Shown: positions 31,847 through 41,400 of the stretch, piece after piece
Layout of the letters: each line of letters begins with the position of its first letter
Position numbering within the stretch: position 1 is the stretch's first letter
IMG/VR virus record: IMGVR_UViG_3300013137_000013
Location: 12,246-76,245 of that record
Length of the DNA: 64,000 bases
DNA from: a virus
Strand: one strand, 5' to 3'
Translations under genes and position numbers: made by a program
Notes under the pieces: generated by a model
The model's input: the letters and a program-made list of their open reading frames with translations, nothing else
Told to the model about the DNA's origin: nothing
The model's database searches: none

Positions 31847-31854
31847 TATTTATA
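31847..31854 (+). promoter_or_regulatory. Putative late promoter TATTTATA
   Basis: Upstream of 31870; divergent from the previous motif. Confidence 0.7.
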
Positions 31855-31869
31855 GGAAAAAGAAAAAAA

Positions 31870-33969
31870 ATGAGTTATATAGTTCAAGAACCCTCAAATT
31901 TTATAAACATCAAGCTTACTGATACAGGAAGAAGATTATTATCGTTGGGAGCATTAACTTTTAATAGTATAATCTTTTCCGACAGAGAAGTTAATTATTA
32001 CTTAGGAAGAAATAATATATATGATATTTGTCGCAATAGAGTTTTAGCTCCAAAAGATGACCAACCAGCCATTTCTGGGATTCCGTTTAATCAAATACCT
32101 AGTATTTCAACTCCCACGGCAGTTGAAAAACTAAGCCTTGCCTTAAGTTCAAGTTTCAACGGAGCCAATAGTGTTCCCATAACTTCACAAAACTTAACAA
32201 GTGCAAAACAAATTGTTTCTGCCATGACGAGTTCGGTTGGTTTTTTCACTGGTAGTTCTTATAATTGGCAAATAAAAACTGGAGCAACAGTTGGCGATGC
32301 TTATAGCATTGGCATGGCCGAAATAGATTATTCAACGACTATTCCAAATGGAACAACAGAAATTGATGTTACAGCTGGAGGATATACTGCAAAAACGGGG
32401 GATTTGGTTTATATTCCATGGGAACCACCTCAATATAGTGCTATAACTAATAATACAACTTATGTGTTTAGTGCAAGACCAGAAGTTGCATTATGGTATA
32501 GAGTTCAGGGGGTAAATGGAACCACTCTTTCTCTTGATAGAAGTGTACCAAATTTTGGGAATACCCCAATCGTGGGCTCTACTCAAAAAATTAAAGCATA
32601 TTTTTATCCTTATGGAAAAGTAGAAAACTTTTATGGTTCTGCGGTGACAGTGGATTGTGGAGTTTGGAATATGAATATAGTAAGAACATCTTCTGAAATT
32701 GGAACACTCCCATTAATGAGTGGGTATACAACATATGGTTCTATTGAATATAATGGAACAAAACAATATTTAGGTTTTGGATATGATATCAAAGCTTTTG
32801 GTATAATTCATTATACAAACAAATTTTCTGGAAATACCTATGCAGAACAATTAGTACCAAAAACGGTTAAATTAGAAATTCCAAATATAATGTGGCACAG
32901 AAGTTATTCTGTATCAGTTGGCCAAGAATTGATTCATGGCTTGACATTATATGATTATTATGGAACTGACATATTCGATACAATTGCTCAAACAACTTAC
33001 AGAGAGCTGAGAGATGGAACATCAAGCACATCTTTTGTAGTTGGAAGAGTTTATCATAAACTTAAAATAATTGTTATAACCGACCAAGAATTGTTGACGG
33101 CTTTAACATATAAATCAAATAGAAATTATACATTACCAGAATTAACACTTTCTACAGAGCCATCTATACTTGGCTCATCATCTGGATTTTGTAAGAGTGA
33201 TTATGTTTATTATGTAACATATTTAACGTCAAGCAATGCTTATCAAGACGGTGTAAGTTATGGATACTCACAAAGTTTACCATGTGGTTATATAAAACAA
33301 ATTAATGGAGATACAGATACAGTTACTGGTCTACATTCTGTTTTAAAAGCCAACTTCTCAACACTCTCATTTCCTTACATGAGAAATAGCACTAATTTAA
33401 CATCTTTATCTGGAACTGGATGGAATGCCAATTCAGTACAATTAATATTCCAAGAATATCCAGTATCGGCCTCTACAAACGTGGGAACTTTACCTACAGA
33501 TTTGTGGAAAATATTCACTGGAGGCAATGGGGTATATACTGGAGAAACAGGTAGTACAACTATAAATCCAGCAGATTTGCAGAGTCACGTTTTTGCTCTC
33601 AATCTGTCAGATTACTATTCATCAACCACCTATTCATTAACAGGCTTATATTCCGCATTTACTACAAATACAGATTCATATACTTCAAGTGGATTAACAT
33701 TTGGTGACGAGGCATTCTTTTATGGTAATTTAACAACAGGAATTCAGGCAAATGTTTACAAAACAATTATTACTATATATGCAAAAAATGACGAATATAA
33801 TTCATCTTTGAATTCTACTTTCGACAGTTTGTATAATGATAGTACGTTTATAACCGAAATAGGAATTTTGAATACCAAAAATGAACTTGTGGCAGTGGCC
33901 AAGCCAGCTTATCCAATAAAAAAGGATTCTTCAAGATACCTTGCATTTCAGTTGGAATTAGATTTTTAA
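31870..33969 (+). CDS. Tail-collar / fibre-attachment protein (P2 gpH N-domain-like) with a large insertion
   Basis: N-terminal KLTDTGRRLL; C-terminal FITEIGILN..NELVAVAK..PIKKD....F.LELDF. Confidence 0.65.
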   Translation: MSYIVQEPSNFINIKLTDTGRRLLSLGALTFNSIIFSDREVNYYLGRNNIYDICRNRVLAPKDDQPAISGIPFNQIPSISTPTAVEKLSLALSSSFNGANSVPITSQNLTSAKQIVSAMTSSVGFFTGSSYNWQIKTGATVGDAYSIGMAEIDYSTTIPNGTTEIDVTAGGYTAKTGDLVYIPWEPPQYSAITNNTTYVFSARPEVALWYRVQGVNGTTLSLDRSVPNFGNTPIVGSTQKIKAYFYPYGKVENFYGSAVTVDCGVWNMNIVRTSSEIGTLPLMSGYTTYGSIEYNGTKQYLGFGYDIKAFGIIHYTNKFSGNTYAEQLVPKTVKLEIPNIMWHRSYSVSVGQELIHGLTLYDYYGTDIFDTIAQTTYRELRDGTSSTSFVVGRVYHKLKIIVITDQELLTALTYKSNRNYTLPELTLSTEPSILGSSSGFCKSDYVYYVTYLTSSNAYQDGVSYGYSQSLPCGYIKQINGDTDTVTGLHSVLKANFSTLSFPYMRNSTNLTSLSGTGWNANSVQLIFQEYPVSASTNVGTLPTDLWKIFTGGNGVYTGETGSTTINPADLQSHVFALNLSDYYSSTTYSLTGLYSAFTTNTDSYTSSGLTFGDEAFFYGNLTTGIQANVYKTIITIYAKNDEYNSSLNSTFDSLYNDSTFITEIGILNTKNELVAVAKPAYPIKKDSSRYLAFQLELDF

Positions 33970-33984
33970 AAAAATTTTTAAATA

Positions 33985-33992
33985 TATTTATA
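33985..33992 (+). promoter_or_regulatory. Putative late promoter TATTTATA
   Basis: Upstream of 34005. Confidence 0.7.
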
Positions 33993-34004
33993 AAAAAAAA
34001 AATT

Positions 34005-34439
34005 ATGGGAAACGTTTTATCATCAAGTACGATTTATGCAGTAGCATATTTAACAGATTTGGGAAGAAAGTATTTGTTTGACCCAATAACAAATCATAGA
34101 TTTGTAAGAGATGCTGCTGGAAATACAATTGATGCTTTTAAAATTGTATATTTTTCTATGTCTGACCCAGACTACAATTATAATTTAACTCAAGGAATAG
34201 CACTTGAAAGTGGCGACATTGCTAATGTTTCTGGGAAAAATGACGATTTTATCCAAGGTTCCATTGTTAGCGAAGAAAACAATTTGATTTCTGTAAACGG
34301 AGAAGTTGGGGGCATGAATGGTATGACAACTCCAACAGAAAATATATCAATAGATGTTCCTTATATTTTAGAAAGCAATATGACTGACAACGTTCTCACA
34401 GTTAATACAAGTACGTTTCAAGTTGCTACAGGTATATAA
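34005..34439 (+). CDS. Virion protein similar to the N-terminus of the 31870 collar protein
   Basis: AYLTDLGRKYL...FSMSDPDYNYNL versus KLTDTGRRLL...IFSDREVNYYL. Confidence 0.6.
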   Translation: MGNVLSSSTIYAVAYLTDLGRKYLFDPITNHRFVRDAAGNTIDAFKIVYFSMSDPDYNYNLTQGIALESGDIANVSGKNDDFIQGSIVSEENNLISVNGEVGGMNGMTTPTENISIDVPYILESNMTDNVLTVNTSTFQVATGI

Positions 34440-34453
34440 TTAATTAAAAGAAT

Positions 34454-35197
34454 ATGGCAGCAATAACAACAACAACGACAATATCCACGAATACAGCATC
34501 TAAGGTTGCATCTAACCTTGGTATTTCTTATTCTGATGCTATTCAAAATTTGAATAACAATAGGAGCCCAATTATATCAATGAATGAAAACCCTCACCCA
34601 AGTAATTATGTTACCAATGGAGTGGCAAGGGTAATACAATTATTGACATACTATGGTGGTAATATAAATAATAACAGCATAGCTGTAGAAAAGTATTCAA
34701 TCAGCCCAAATTTTACTGGATTGATTAAATGCTCTGGGCCGCAAAAGGGGATTTGGTATCTTCCTTTTCCAAATACTGTTTACGCAATTAAATTTTATGG
34801 ACCAGATGAATATGATGCAAAGTATTATAATCACGTTTATGCTGTTCCTGCAAAAATAGACAGTTCTTATTGGACTGGGCTTAAAGATTATACAACCGCA
34901 GTGCCTCAAGAATGGATAACAGCATTTGTGCAATACGCAAGTACGATACCATCAAATATTACACCTGCAACCCCCACTCTTACTCCAATATTAAATGCAG
35001 TTAAAAGTTTTCCAACAACTGATGCTACTCAAAAATATCAATTTTCTTTTAATTTTTGGGGAAGTTTAAGTGGAACAATCGGCAAAGCTTCAAGTTTTGC
35101 TTTTGAATATGTATTTTACCCAGGAACAGCACCAAAACCTCCAGTGGTAGGAACAGTAATTAATGCTGATTTGAATACTTTTTTATCAGCAACGTAA
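34454..35197 (+). CDS. Hypothetical virion protein
   Basis: Ser/Thr-rich ORF in a late operon. Confidence 0.65.
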   Translation: MAAITTTTTISTNTASKVASNLGISYSDAIQNLNNNRSPIISMNENPHPSNYVTNGVARVIQLLTYYGGNINNNSIAVEKYSISPNFTGLIKCSGPQKGIWYLPFPNTVYAIKFYGPDEYDAKYYNHVYAVPAKIDSSYWTGLKDYTTAVPQEWITAFVQYASTIPSNITPATPTLTPILNAVKSFPTTDATQKYQFSFNFWGSLSGTIGKASSFAFEYVFYPGTAPKPPVVGTVINADLNTFLSAT

Positions 35198-35221
35198 GCA
35201 ATAAAATAAAAAAATAAATCT

Positions 35222-36394
35222 ATGGCAGAAATTAATAAAAGATTAGTCAATTCATCAACTTCTATTAGAAAGGAAGTATCAACTTGGGTAAGTTTGTCTG
35301 ATTCCAAGTTGTTATATACTCTTGCAGATAGAACTGATGTCAATAACAAATATGGACATTATTTTTCCACATTTAATATTCCCTACAAACGCTCTAATTC
35401 TATTTTTTATAGCGGGGAAACAATGGCAAGAACCAATCCAGAATTGTTTCAATTAAATGTTGATAAAATTGTAGTAATTCCTATTAGTGAGAACTATTAT
35501 AGTGAATATATTGATGGAAGGTCAATTACTTTAAAAGTTCCACAAACAGGCGGCACATACAAAACGGTGGTTTCTAGTTTCTATTCTGATACTTTAAGAA
35601 ATGCCAAAACTGGAGATTCGCCAATTCAATATTTTGGACCTTATAATACTGCTTTTTTATTTTCAGATGATATAAATAAACCTTTTACTGGAACAACCGA
35701 AAACGGTTCTATAAACCACAATCAAATTACAACCTGGGACCCAACTACTGATTTTAGAAATAGACCATCTGCTGTTGCATATAATCCCGAAATAAAAAGA
35801 AGTGATTATAACAAAGACCAGAGACCTTGGTCATCAGTAGATTTGGCAGTATATGTAAATCAAGCATATCCTAAATCTTTAAATACATACGATGATGTTG
35901 TTAACGGCTATAATTATGATATTCCAGTTGGTTTTGTTAGCTTAGATAAGGGGTACATAATTTTAACACACCCAAGTATTGTTGATAATATTCCATGGAC
36001 AACTGGAAGCAAAACATATCAGCCAGGATATGGAGAAGCAAATGCGGGAGAAAATATTATAACGGGAGATAATTTAGCTGGAAGCACAGAGAAAATTGTG
36101 TTTACTGGTTTAACATCTACTTTAACTTTTGAAGATATAAGCATAAGATATTTAACTTCTGTTGTTTGTATTGCAATGCCAGGGGAGTTTTTTATATCAA
36201 AAAACCCATCATGGCCATTATCAAGAAATTTGGCTGAGATTAGCAATCAAACAACCAATTTTGATTCCATTTTTATTACTCAAATTGGCTTGTACAATAT
36301 TCACGAACAACTAATTGCGGTTGCAAAACTAGATAGACCAGTTGAAAAAACATATGATGGACTAATAAATTTCAATTTACAAATTGACATTTAA
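35222..36394 (+). CDS. Virion protein similar to the C-terminus of the 31870 collar protein
   Basis: FITQIGLYNIHEQLIAVAKLDRPVEK....FNLQIDI. Confidence 0.65.
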   Translation: MAEINKRLVNSSTSIRKEVSTWVSLSDSKLLYTLADRTDVNNKYGHYFSTFNIPYKRSNSIFYSGETMARTNPELFQLNVDKIVVIPISENYYSEYIDGRSITLKVPQTGGTYKTVVSSFYSDTLRNAKTGDSPIQYFGPYNTAFLFSDDINKPFTGTTENGSINHNQITTWDPTTDFRNRPSAVAYNPEIKRSDYNKDQRPWSSVDLAVYVNQAYPKSLNTYDDVVNGYNYDIPVGFVSLDKGYIILTHPSIVDNIPWTTGSKTYQPGYGEANAGENIITGDNLAGSTEKIVFTGLTSTLTFEDISIRYLTSVVCIAMPGEFFISKNPSWPLSRNLAEISNQTTNFDSIFITQIGLYNIHEQLIAVAKLDRPVEKTYDGLINFNLQIDI

Positions 36395-36410
36395 TTTTCA
36401 AAGAGAAATA

Positions 36411-36440
36411 AAAAAGGGGAGTCAAAAACTCCCCTTTTTT
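36411..36440 (+). terminator. Rho-independent terminator
   Basis: AAAAAGGGGAGT-loop-ACTCCCCTTTTTT. Confidence 0.8.
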
Positions 36441-36503
36441 ATTTTACTATTGATTTGTGATTTTGTTTTTTCTATATTTCATCTGAACAAAAAAAACAAA
36501 AAC

Positions 36504-37046
36504 ATGTTGTTATCGTTAGATATAAGTACAAGCTGTATTGGATATTCAGTATTCAATGAAAAGAATACTTTAATAGAAATGAATTATGTAAAGTTCGACA
36601 GCAAAAAAGACCTTTTCGAAAAGTTAGAATATTTTATAGAAAAAGTTTCTTATTTGTTAAAATTTCCAATTACAGCAATAGCTATCGAAGAACCCTTACA
36701 AAAATTTCAAGGAAAATTCTCAAGTGCTCACACAATTTCTATATTAAACTTTTTTAACGGAATGATTAGTTCCTTTCTTTATAGTCACTTTAGGATTAAA
36801 CCTATTTACTATAACGTAAACAATGCAAGGTCAATTGTTTTGCCAGGTTTCAAAATTAAAAAAGAAGGCGCATCTACAAAACATCAAATATGGGAAAAGG
36901 TGGTAGAAATGGAGCCACAGATTAATTGGAAATACGGAATAAAAAGCAGAAAGCTTTTAGAGGAAAATTATGATATGGCTGACTCATATATAGTTGGAAA
37001 ATGCTTTATCAAAATGCTTGAAATTCAAAAAAATAAAATTTCTTAA
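36504..37046 (+). CDS. ruvC: RuvC-like Holliday junction resolvase
   Basis: LSLDISTSCIGY, AIEEP and DMADS catalytic acidic motifs; start set at the ATG after the terminator. Confidence 0.75.
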   Translation: MLLSLDISTSCIGYSVFNEKNTLIEMNYVKFDSKKDLFEKLEYFIEKVSYLLKFPITAIAIEEPLQKFQGKFSSAHTISILNFFNGMISSFLYSHFRIKPIYYNVNNARSIVLPGFKIKKEGASTKHQIWEKVVEMEPQINWKYGIKSRKLLEENYDMADSYIVGKCFIKMLEIQKNKIS

Positions 37047-37077
37047 CATTAATTGTGTAAATTCATTTTTTTTTGGA

Positions 37078-37085
37078 TATTTATA
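37078..37085 (+). promoter_or_regulatory. Putative late promoter TATTTATA
   Basis: Upstream of the lipoprotein gene. Confidence 0.65.
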
Positions 37086-37117
37086 GGCGATTTAAAACAA
37101 ACTTAAAATTATATAAA

Positions 37118-37312
37118 ATGAAAAAACTAATTACATTGTTATTTGCAATCTTAGCATTTGCATTAGTTTCTTGCAACTTTGGAGAAACAAAAGAAGAAGT
37201 AAAAACCGATTCAACCGCAGTATGCGTTGATACAACAAAAGTGGTAGTAGATACCATAGCTAAAGTTGATACTTGCGAAAAAGTAGAAAAAGCACCTGTT
37301 GTAAAAAAATAA
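37118..37312 (+). CDS. Small lipoprotein (64 aa)
   Basis: MKKLITLLFAILAFALVS-C signal peptide II and lipobox; repeated D[ST]x motifs. Confidence 0.8.
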   Translation: MKKLITLLFAILAFALVSCNFGETKEEVKTDSTAVCVDTTKVVVDTIAKVDTCEKVEKAPVVKK

Positions 37313-37330
37313 ATAAATCTGAAAAGATTT

Positions 37331-37368
37331 ACAAAACTCCCAAAGTGAAAACTTTGGGAGTTTTTTGT
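37331..37368 (+). terminator. Rho-independent terminator
   Basis: AAAACTCCCAAAGT-GAAA-ACTTTGGGAGTTTTTT. Confidence 0.85.
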
Positions 37369-37378
37369 TTTATTCTAC

Positions 37379-37409
37379 TTTGATTTGTCAATAATTAACC
37401 TTATATTTG
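37379..37409 (+). promoter_or_regulatory. Bacteroidota-type promoter TTTG-N19-TATATTTG
   Basis: -33 and -7 elements at canonical spacing upstream of the primase. Confidence 0.7.
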
Positions 37410-37415
37410 CAGATT

Positions 37416-38414
37416 ATGGAAGACCAAAAATTTATTATAATATCCATTTTAAAAAATTTTCTCGGTGATCCCAAGTCTTCAAGAGATTTGGAAACGAGAG
37501 AACAGTGGGAATTTAATTGTCCCAGCCATCAGTGTAGGAACGATATAAACAAATATAACCTGGCCTTTAATACAAAAAACAATATCTACAAATGTTGGAA
37601 ATGCAAGGATAGCGGAATTATTCATAAATTAGTCTACAAATATGGGTCTGCAGAAGACAATAAAAGACTAAAGCTTATAATGCCCACATATACAGGTAAT
37701 TTTATTAATGTTTTCAGAAAAAATATTGTAAATCACAACCTTATAACTTGCCCTCTTCCAGATGGATATACCCCAATCACGTCCGCCATCAAAACACCAA
37801 TGCATCAATTGGCCTATGATTATGCGGTAAAAACCAGGAGGCTATCATTTAACCAATTGATTGAACACAAAATAGGTTATACAGAAGTGGGTGCTTATAG
37901 AAACAGAATTATAATTCCTTCGTTTAATGATTATGGGAATATTAATTATTTTGAGGCCAGGACATTCCTTAAAAATATAAAACCACCCTATTATAAGCCT
38001 GACCAAAAGGTTTTTCCAGACAAAAACATACCAGAAAAATATGATATTATTTTTAACGAAAGAAATATAAACTGGGATTTACCAGTTTATTTGGTCGAAG
38101 GAGTCTTTGATATGTTCCGTATACCAAATTCAATACCTATGCTTGGAAAAACACCATCTTGGTTATTGATTTCTCGACTTATAGAGCACAATGCTACTGT
38201 AATTATTTGTCTCGACGAAGATGCATTTAAAGACAGTTTTGAAATATATGAGCAACTTTCCTCTTTAGGTTTGGATGTTTATTTTGTAGACTTAAAGGGT
38301 TTGGGAGACATTTCCTATCATTATGAGCAAAATGGTGCCCAGGGAATAACGGGATTATTACAAAGTAGAAAGAAAATGGATTTTATTTACAAAATTTCAA
38401 GAATATTAAATTAA
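37416..38414 (+). CDS. DNA primase (Zn finger plus TOPRIM)
   Basis: CPSHQC...CWKC, NRIIIP, AR, LVEGVFD, LDED. Confidence 0.88.
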   Translation: MEDQKFIIISILKNFLGDPKSSRDLETREQWEFNCPSHQCRNDINKYNLAFNTKNNIYKCWKCKDSGIIHKLVYKYGSAEDNKRLKLIMPTYTGNFINVFRKNIVNHNLITCPLPDGYTPITSAIKTPMHQLAYDYAVKTRRLSFNQLIEHKIGYTEVGAYRNRIIIPSFNDYGNINYFEARTFLKNIKPPYYKPDQKVFPDKNIPEKYDIIFNERNINWDLPVYLVEGVFDMFRIPNSIPMLGKTPSWLLISRLIEHNATVIICLDEDAFKDSFEIYEQLSSLGLDVYFVDLKGLGDISYHYEQNGAQGITGLLQSRKKMDFIYKISRILN

Positions 38415-38424
38415 AGGACAAAAC

Positions 38425-41400
38425 ATGAAAATAGCACATTTATCAGATATTCATATAAGATTTGCAAGTAGACATGACGAATACAGAGAAGTTTTTAAAA
38501 GACTTTTTGATGATTTAAAAAAGCAAAAACCAAACAGAATAGCAATTACTGGAGACTTAAACCACTTAAAAGTAAATATGTCCCCTGGGTCAATTGATTT
38601 AACTTCTGAGTTCTTAATAAATCTTGCAAAAATTGCTCCAGTTGACATCATATTGGGAAACCATGATGTAAACCTGCAGCAAAAGGAACAGGGAGACACT
38701 ATAACGCCAATTTTTAACGTGGCCGATAGATTCTCTGATTTAATGTCAGAGTCCGTTAAAAAGAGTATAAAGAAGTCGTTTATCATAGGAAAAGATAATG
38801 CCAACACAGTTGATTTTTCAAAAAAAGGAATTTATTTCTTTCCAGATAGTGATTTCTACAAAATTTCAGAAACATTAGTCTATGGAGTTTATTCCTGTAA
38901 AGATGACAAAATTCTTACTCTTACCAAAAAAGAGCCAGGAGTAAAATATGTTGCCTTATTCCATGGACAACTGAAAGGTGCCAGAGGAGACAATGGATAT
39001 GAACTCGTTGGAGATGACCTTCTTAATGTAACTACATTCAATAACTTTGACGTAGTATTTTTAGGCGACATTCATGAACATCAAGCATTTAGAGAAGACG
39101 AAAGTATGGCTTATTGCGGTTCCCTAATCCAACAAGATTACGGTGAATCAATAAATAAGGGATATTTGATGTGGGATTTGGAAAAGAATTCTTTTCAGAG
39201 AAGGTATATACTCAACGATTATGGTTTTGCAAAAATAACCATTTCTAAAGGGGAATTATTCGAAGAAAGAATTGAAAATATCAAATTCAGCAATGACAAA
39301 AAAAGAACAAAAGTTTATATTGTCTGGGAAGATTACGAAGAAAATTATTCCACAGAAAAAGAATCTCAAATTGCAAAACTTGTAAAAGAAAAATTTGGCT
39401 GTGATGTTGTAAAAGTGGAGTTTTCTGAAATTAAAAAATTACAACAAGAAAACACAGATGTGGCGGATTCCAGAAACAAAGAAACATTTCTACAACAGCT
39501 TGCAGATTATATTAAAGAAATAAATCCAGATGAAGATGAAGATGTTGTTAAGGAAGTATTACAACTCGCAGAAACAATAGACAAAGAACTTGAAATTTCT
39601 GATAAAGTAGAAGATGTAAAACTTTGGAATGTTGATTGTGTGGAAATTTCAAACATATTTTCCTTTCCAGAAAAACCAACTATTGTTAATTTTGAGAAAT
39701 TGCGTGGCTCTACTGGTATTTTTGGAAAAAATTATTCTGGAAAATCAAATGTTGTCAAAGCAATTGTGTGGGGGTTATACCAGCACATTCTTGGGGGCGG
39801 AAATGCTAAAAAGATTGTAAACATTTACACTTCTTCAAACAAGGGATATGTAAAAATACATCTCACCGTTGATGGGGAAAAGTATTATTTTAAAAGAGAA
39901 GTCATTACAAAGATTGATAAACATGGAGAATCATCAAACACATATCCAATAGAATACAAAAAATTAGTTATTGATGATTCTGGAAAAGAAAAGTGGGTAA
40001 GCGAAATATCAGACAAAAAATCCAATGACAGGAAAGAGATTAAGAACATTATATTGGCCGCAATTGGAACTGTAGAGGATTTTACCAAAGTGTGTCTTCA
40101 GACTCAAGGGGGAAAAGAAGATTATATAAATCAAGACCAGCAACCAAAAAACGATTTGGTTAATAAATATCTTGGACTTGAACCTTTCAGGGACAGATAT
40201 GAGTATGGAAATAAAAACTTTAATGATGTAAAAAAGAAACAGAAAGAATTGGGCGATATAGTTTCTTTACAATCCACCGTACTGGAAATAGAAAACAATA
40301 TTTTAAAACTTCAGAAAGAATATGACCTTTTGGTTGATGAAAGAGAGAAATCGGAAAAACAAAAGGATGTATTAAACAACAAGGTTTTGGAGCTTTCGAA
40401 AAACTTGAAACAATACGTACAATTATCAAAAGATGAAATAGAAGATGAAAGCCTTATATTAAGCAACATTAGTGCATTAGAAGAACAAGTAAAAGACGAT
40501 GGAACAAAATTGCAGGAGTTGTCTGACTGGGTTTCTGTAAATTTTAAAAGAGAATTGCCGTTTGACGAAAACGAAACAATTGAAAGTCTTTCTTCGGAAC
40601 TTACAAAAGAAAGTTCAGAATTTACCAAAGATAAAAACAAATATATTGAAGTAGAAAATTGGATTAAATCTAACCCACTAAGGCCACTTGCAAACATCGA
40701 AGGTTATGATTTAATTATTCAAAATCTAAATATTCAAATAGTTGGTTTACAAGCAAAACTCCCAACATATAAAGGAGAAAAGTGTCCCACTTGCGGACAT
40801 GTCACCACACAGCCCAATCCTGATTTGTATAATCAGTGTTTGCAGGATATTACCACACAAACTGGGCTTATGAACAATTATATAAATGCTGTAAATAAAT
40901 ACAGAGATGATGTTGCCCATAACAATACTTGCGATTTACAAAATTCAAATCTTCAGACACTACGAGCCACATTGACCGCAAGAAAAAATAGAAAGGAATC
41001 TTTAACACAAAGAATAGCACTAATATCTCAGTCACAAGACATTTTAGTTTATAATCAAACTGTAGAAGATAAAAATAAACTTTTAAATTCTACCAGGTCA
41101 GCTATTGATTTAAAGAAAAAATTTATTGACAAACTCAATACCAATCTCGAAAAAGTAAGACAGAACACAGAAAGTAAAAGCCATAATGCATCAACGGAAA
41201 ATGAAATTTTCAACATTCAAGAGCAAAGTAAATCATATAAATTTGCCGCATATGGCCTTTCACAAGACATAAACAATAAGAATGGAGACATTAGAGTTGA
41301 AAAAAATAATTTGGAAAATTATAAAAGTAAACTCGATGAAGTAAAGGCAGCTGAAAAAATATACAAAAAGTATTCTCTTTATCTGCAAGCTGTTCACAGA

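Noticed and set aside
17448-36394. Diversity-generating retroelement acting on tail genes
   Set aside because: No reverse transcriptase and no adenine-variant TR/VR pair was noticed by eye; a self-alignment would be needed to exclude it fully.
36384-36503. Extended starts for RuvC, and similarly 43083, 53317, 37073, 8696, 11630 and 57901
   Set aside because: The extensions cross terminators, promoters or neighbouring genes; downstream ATGs fit better.
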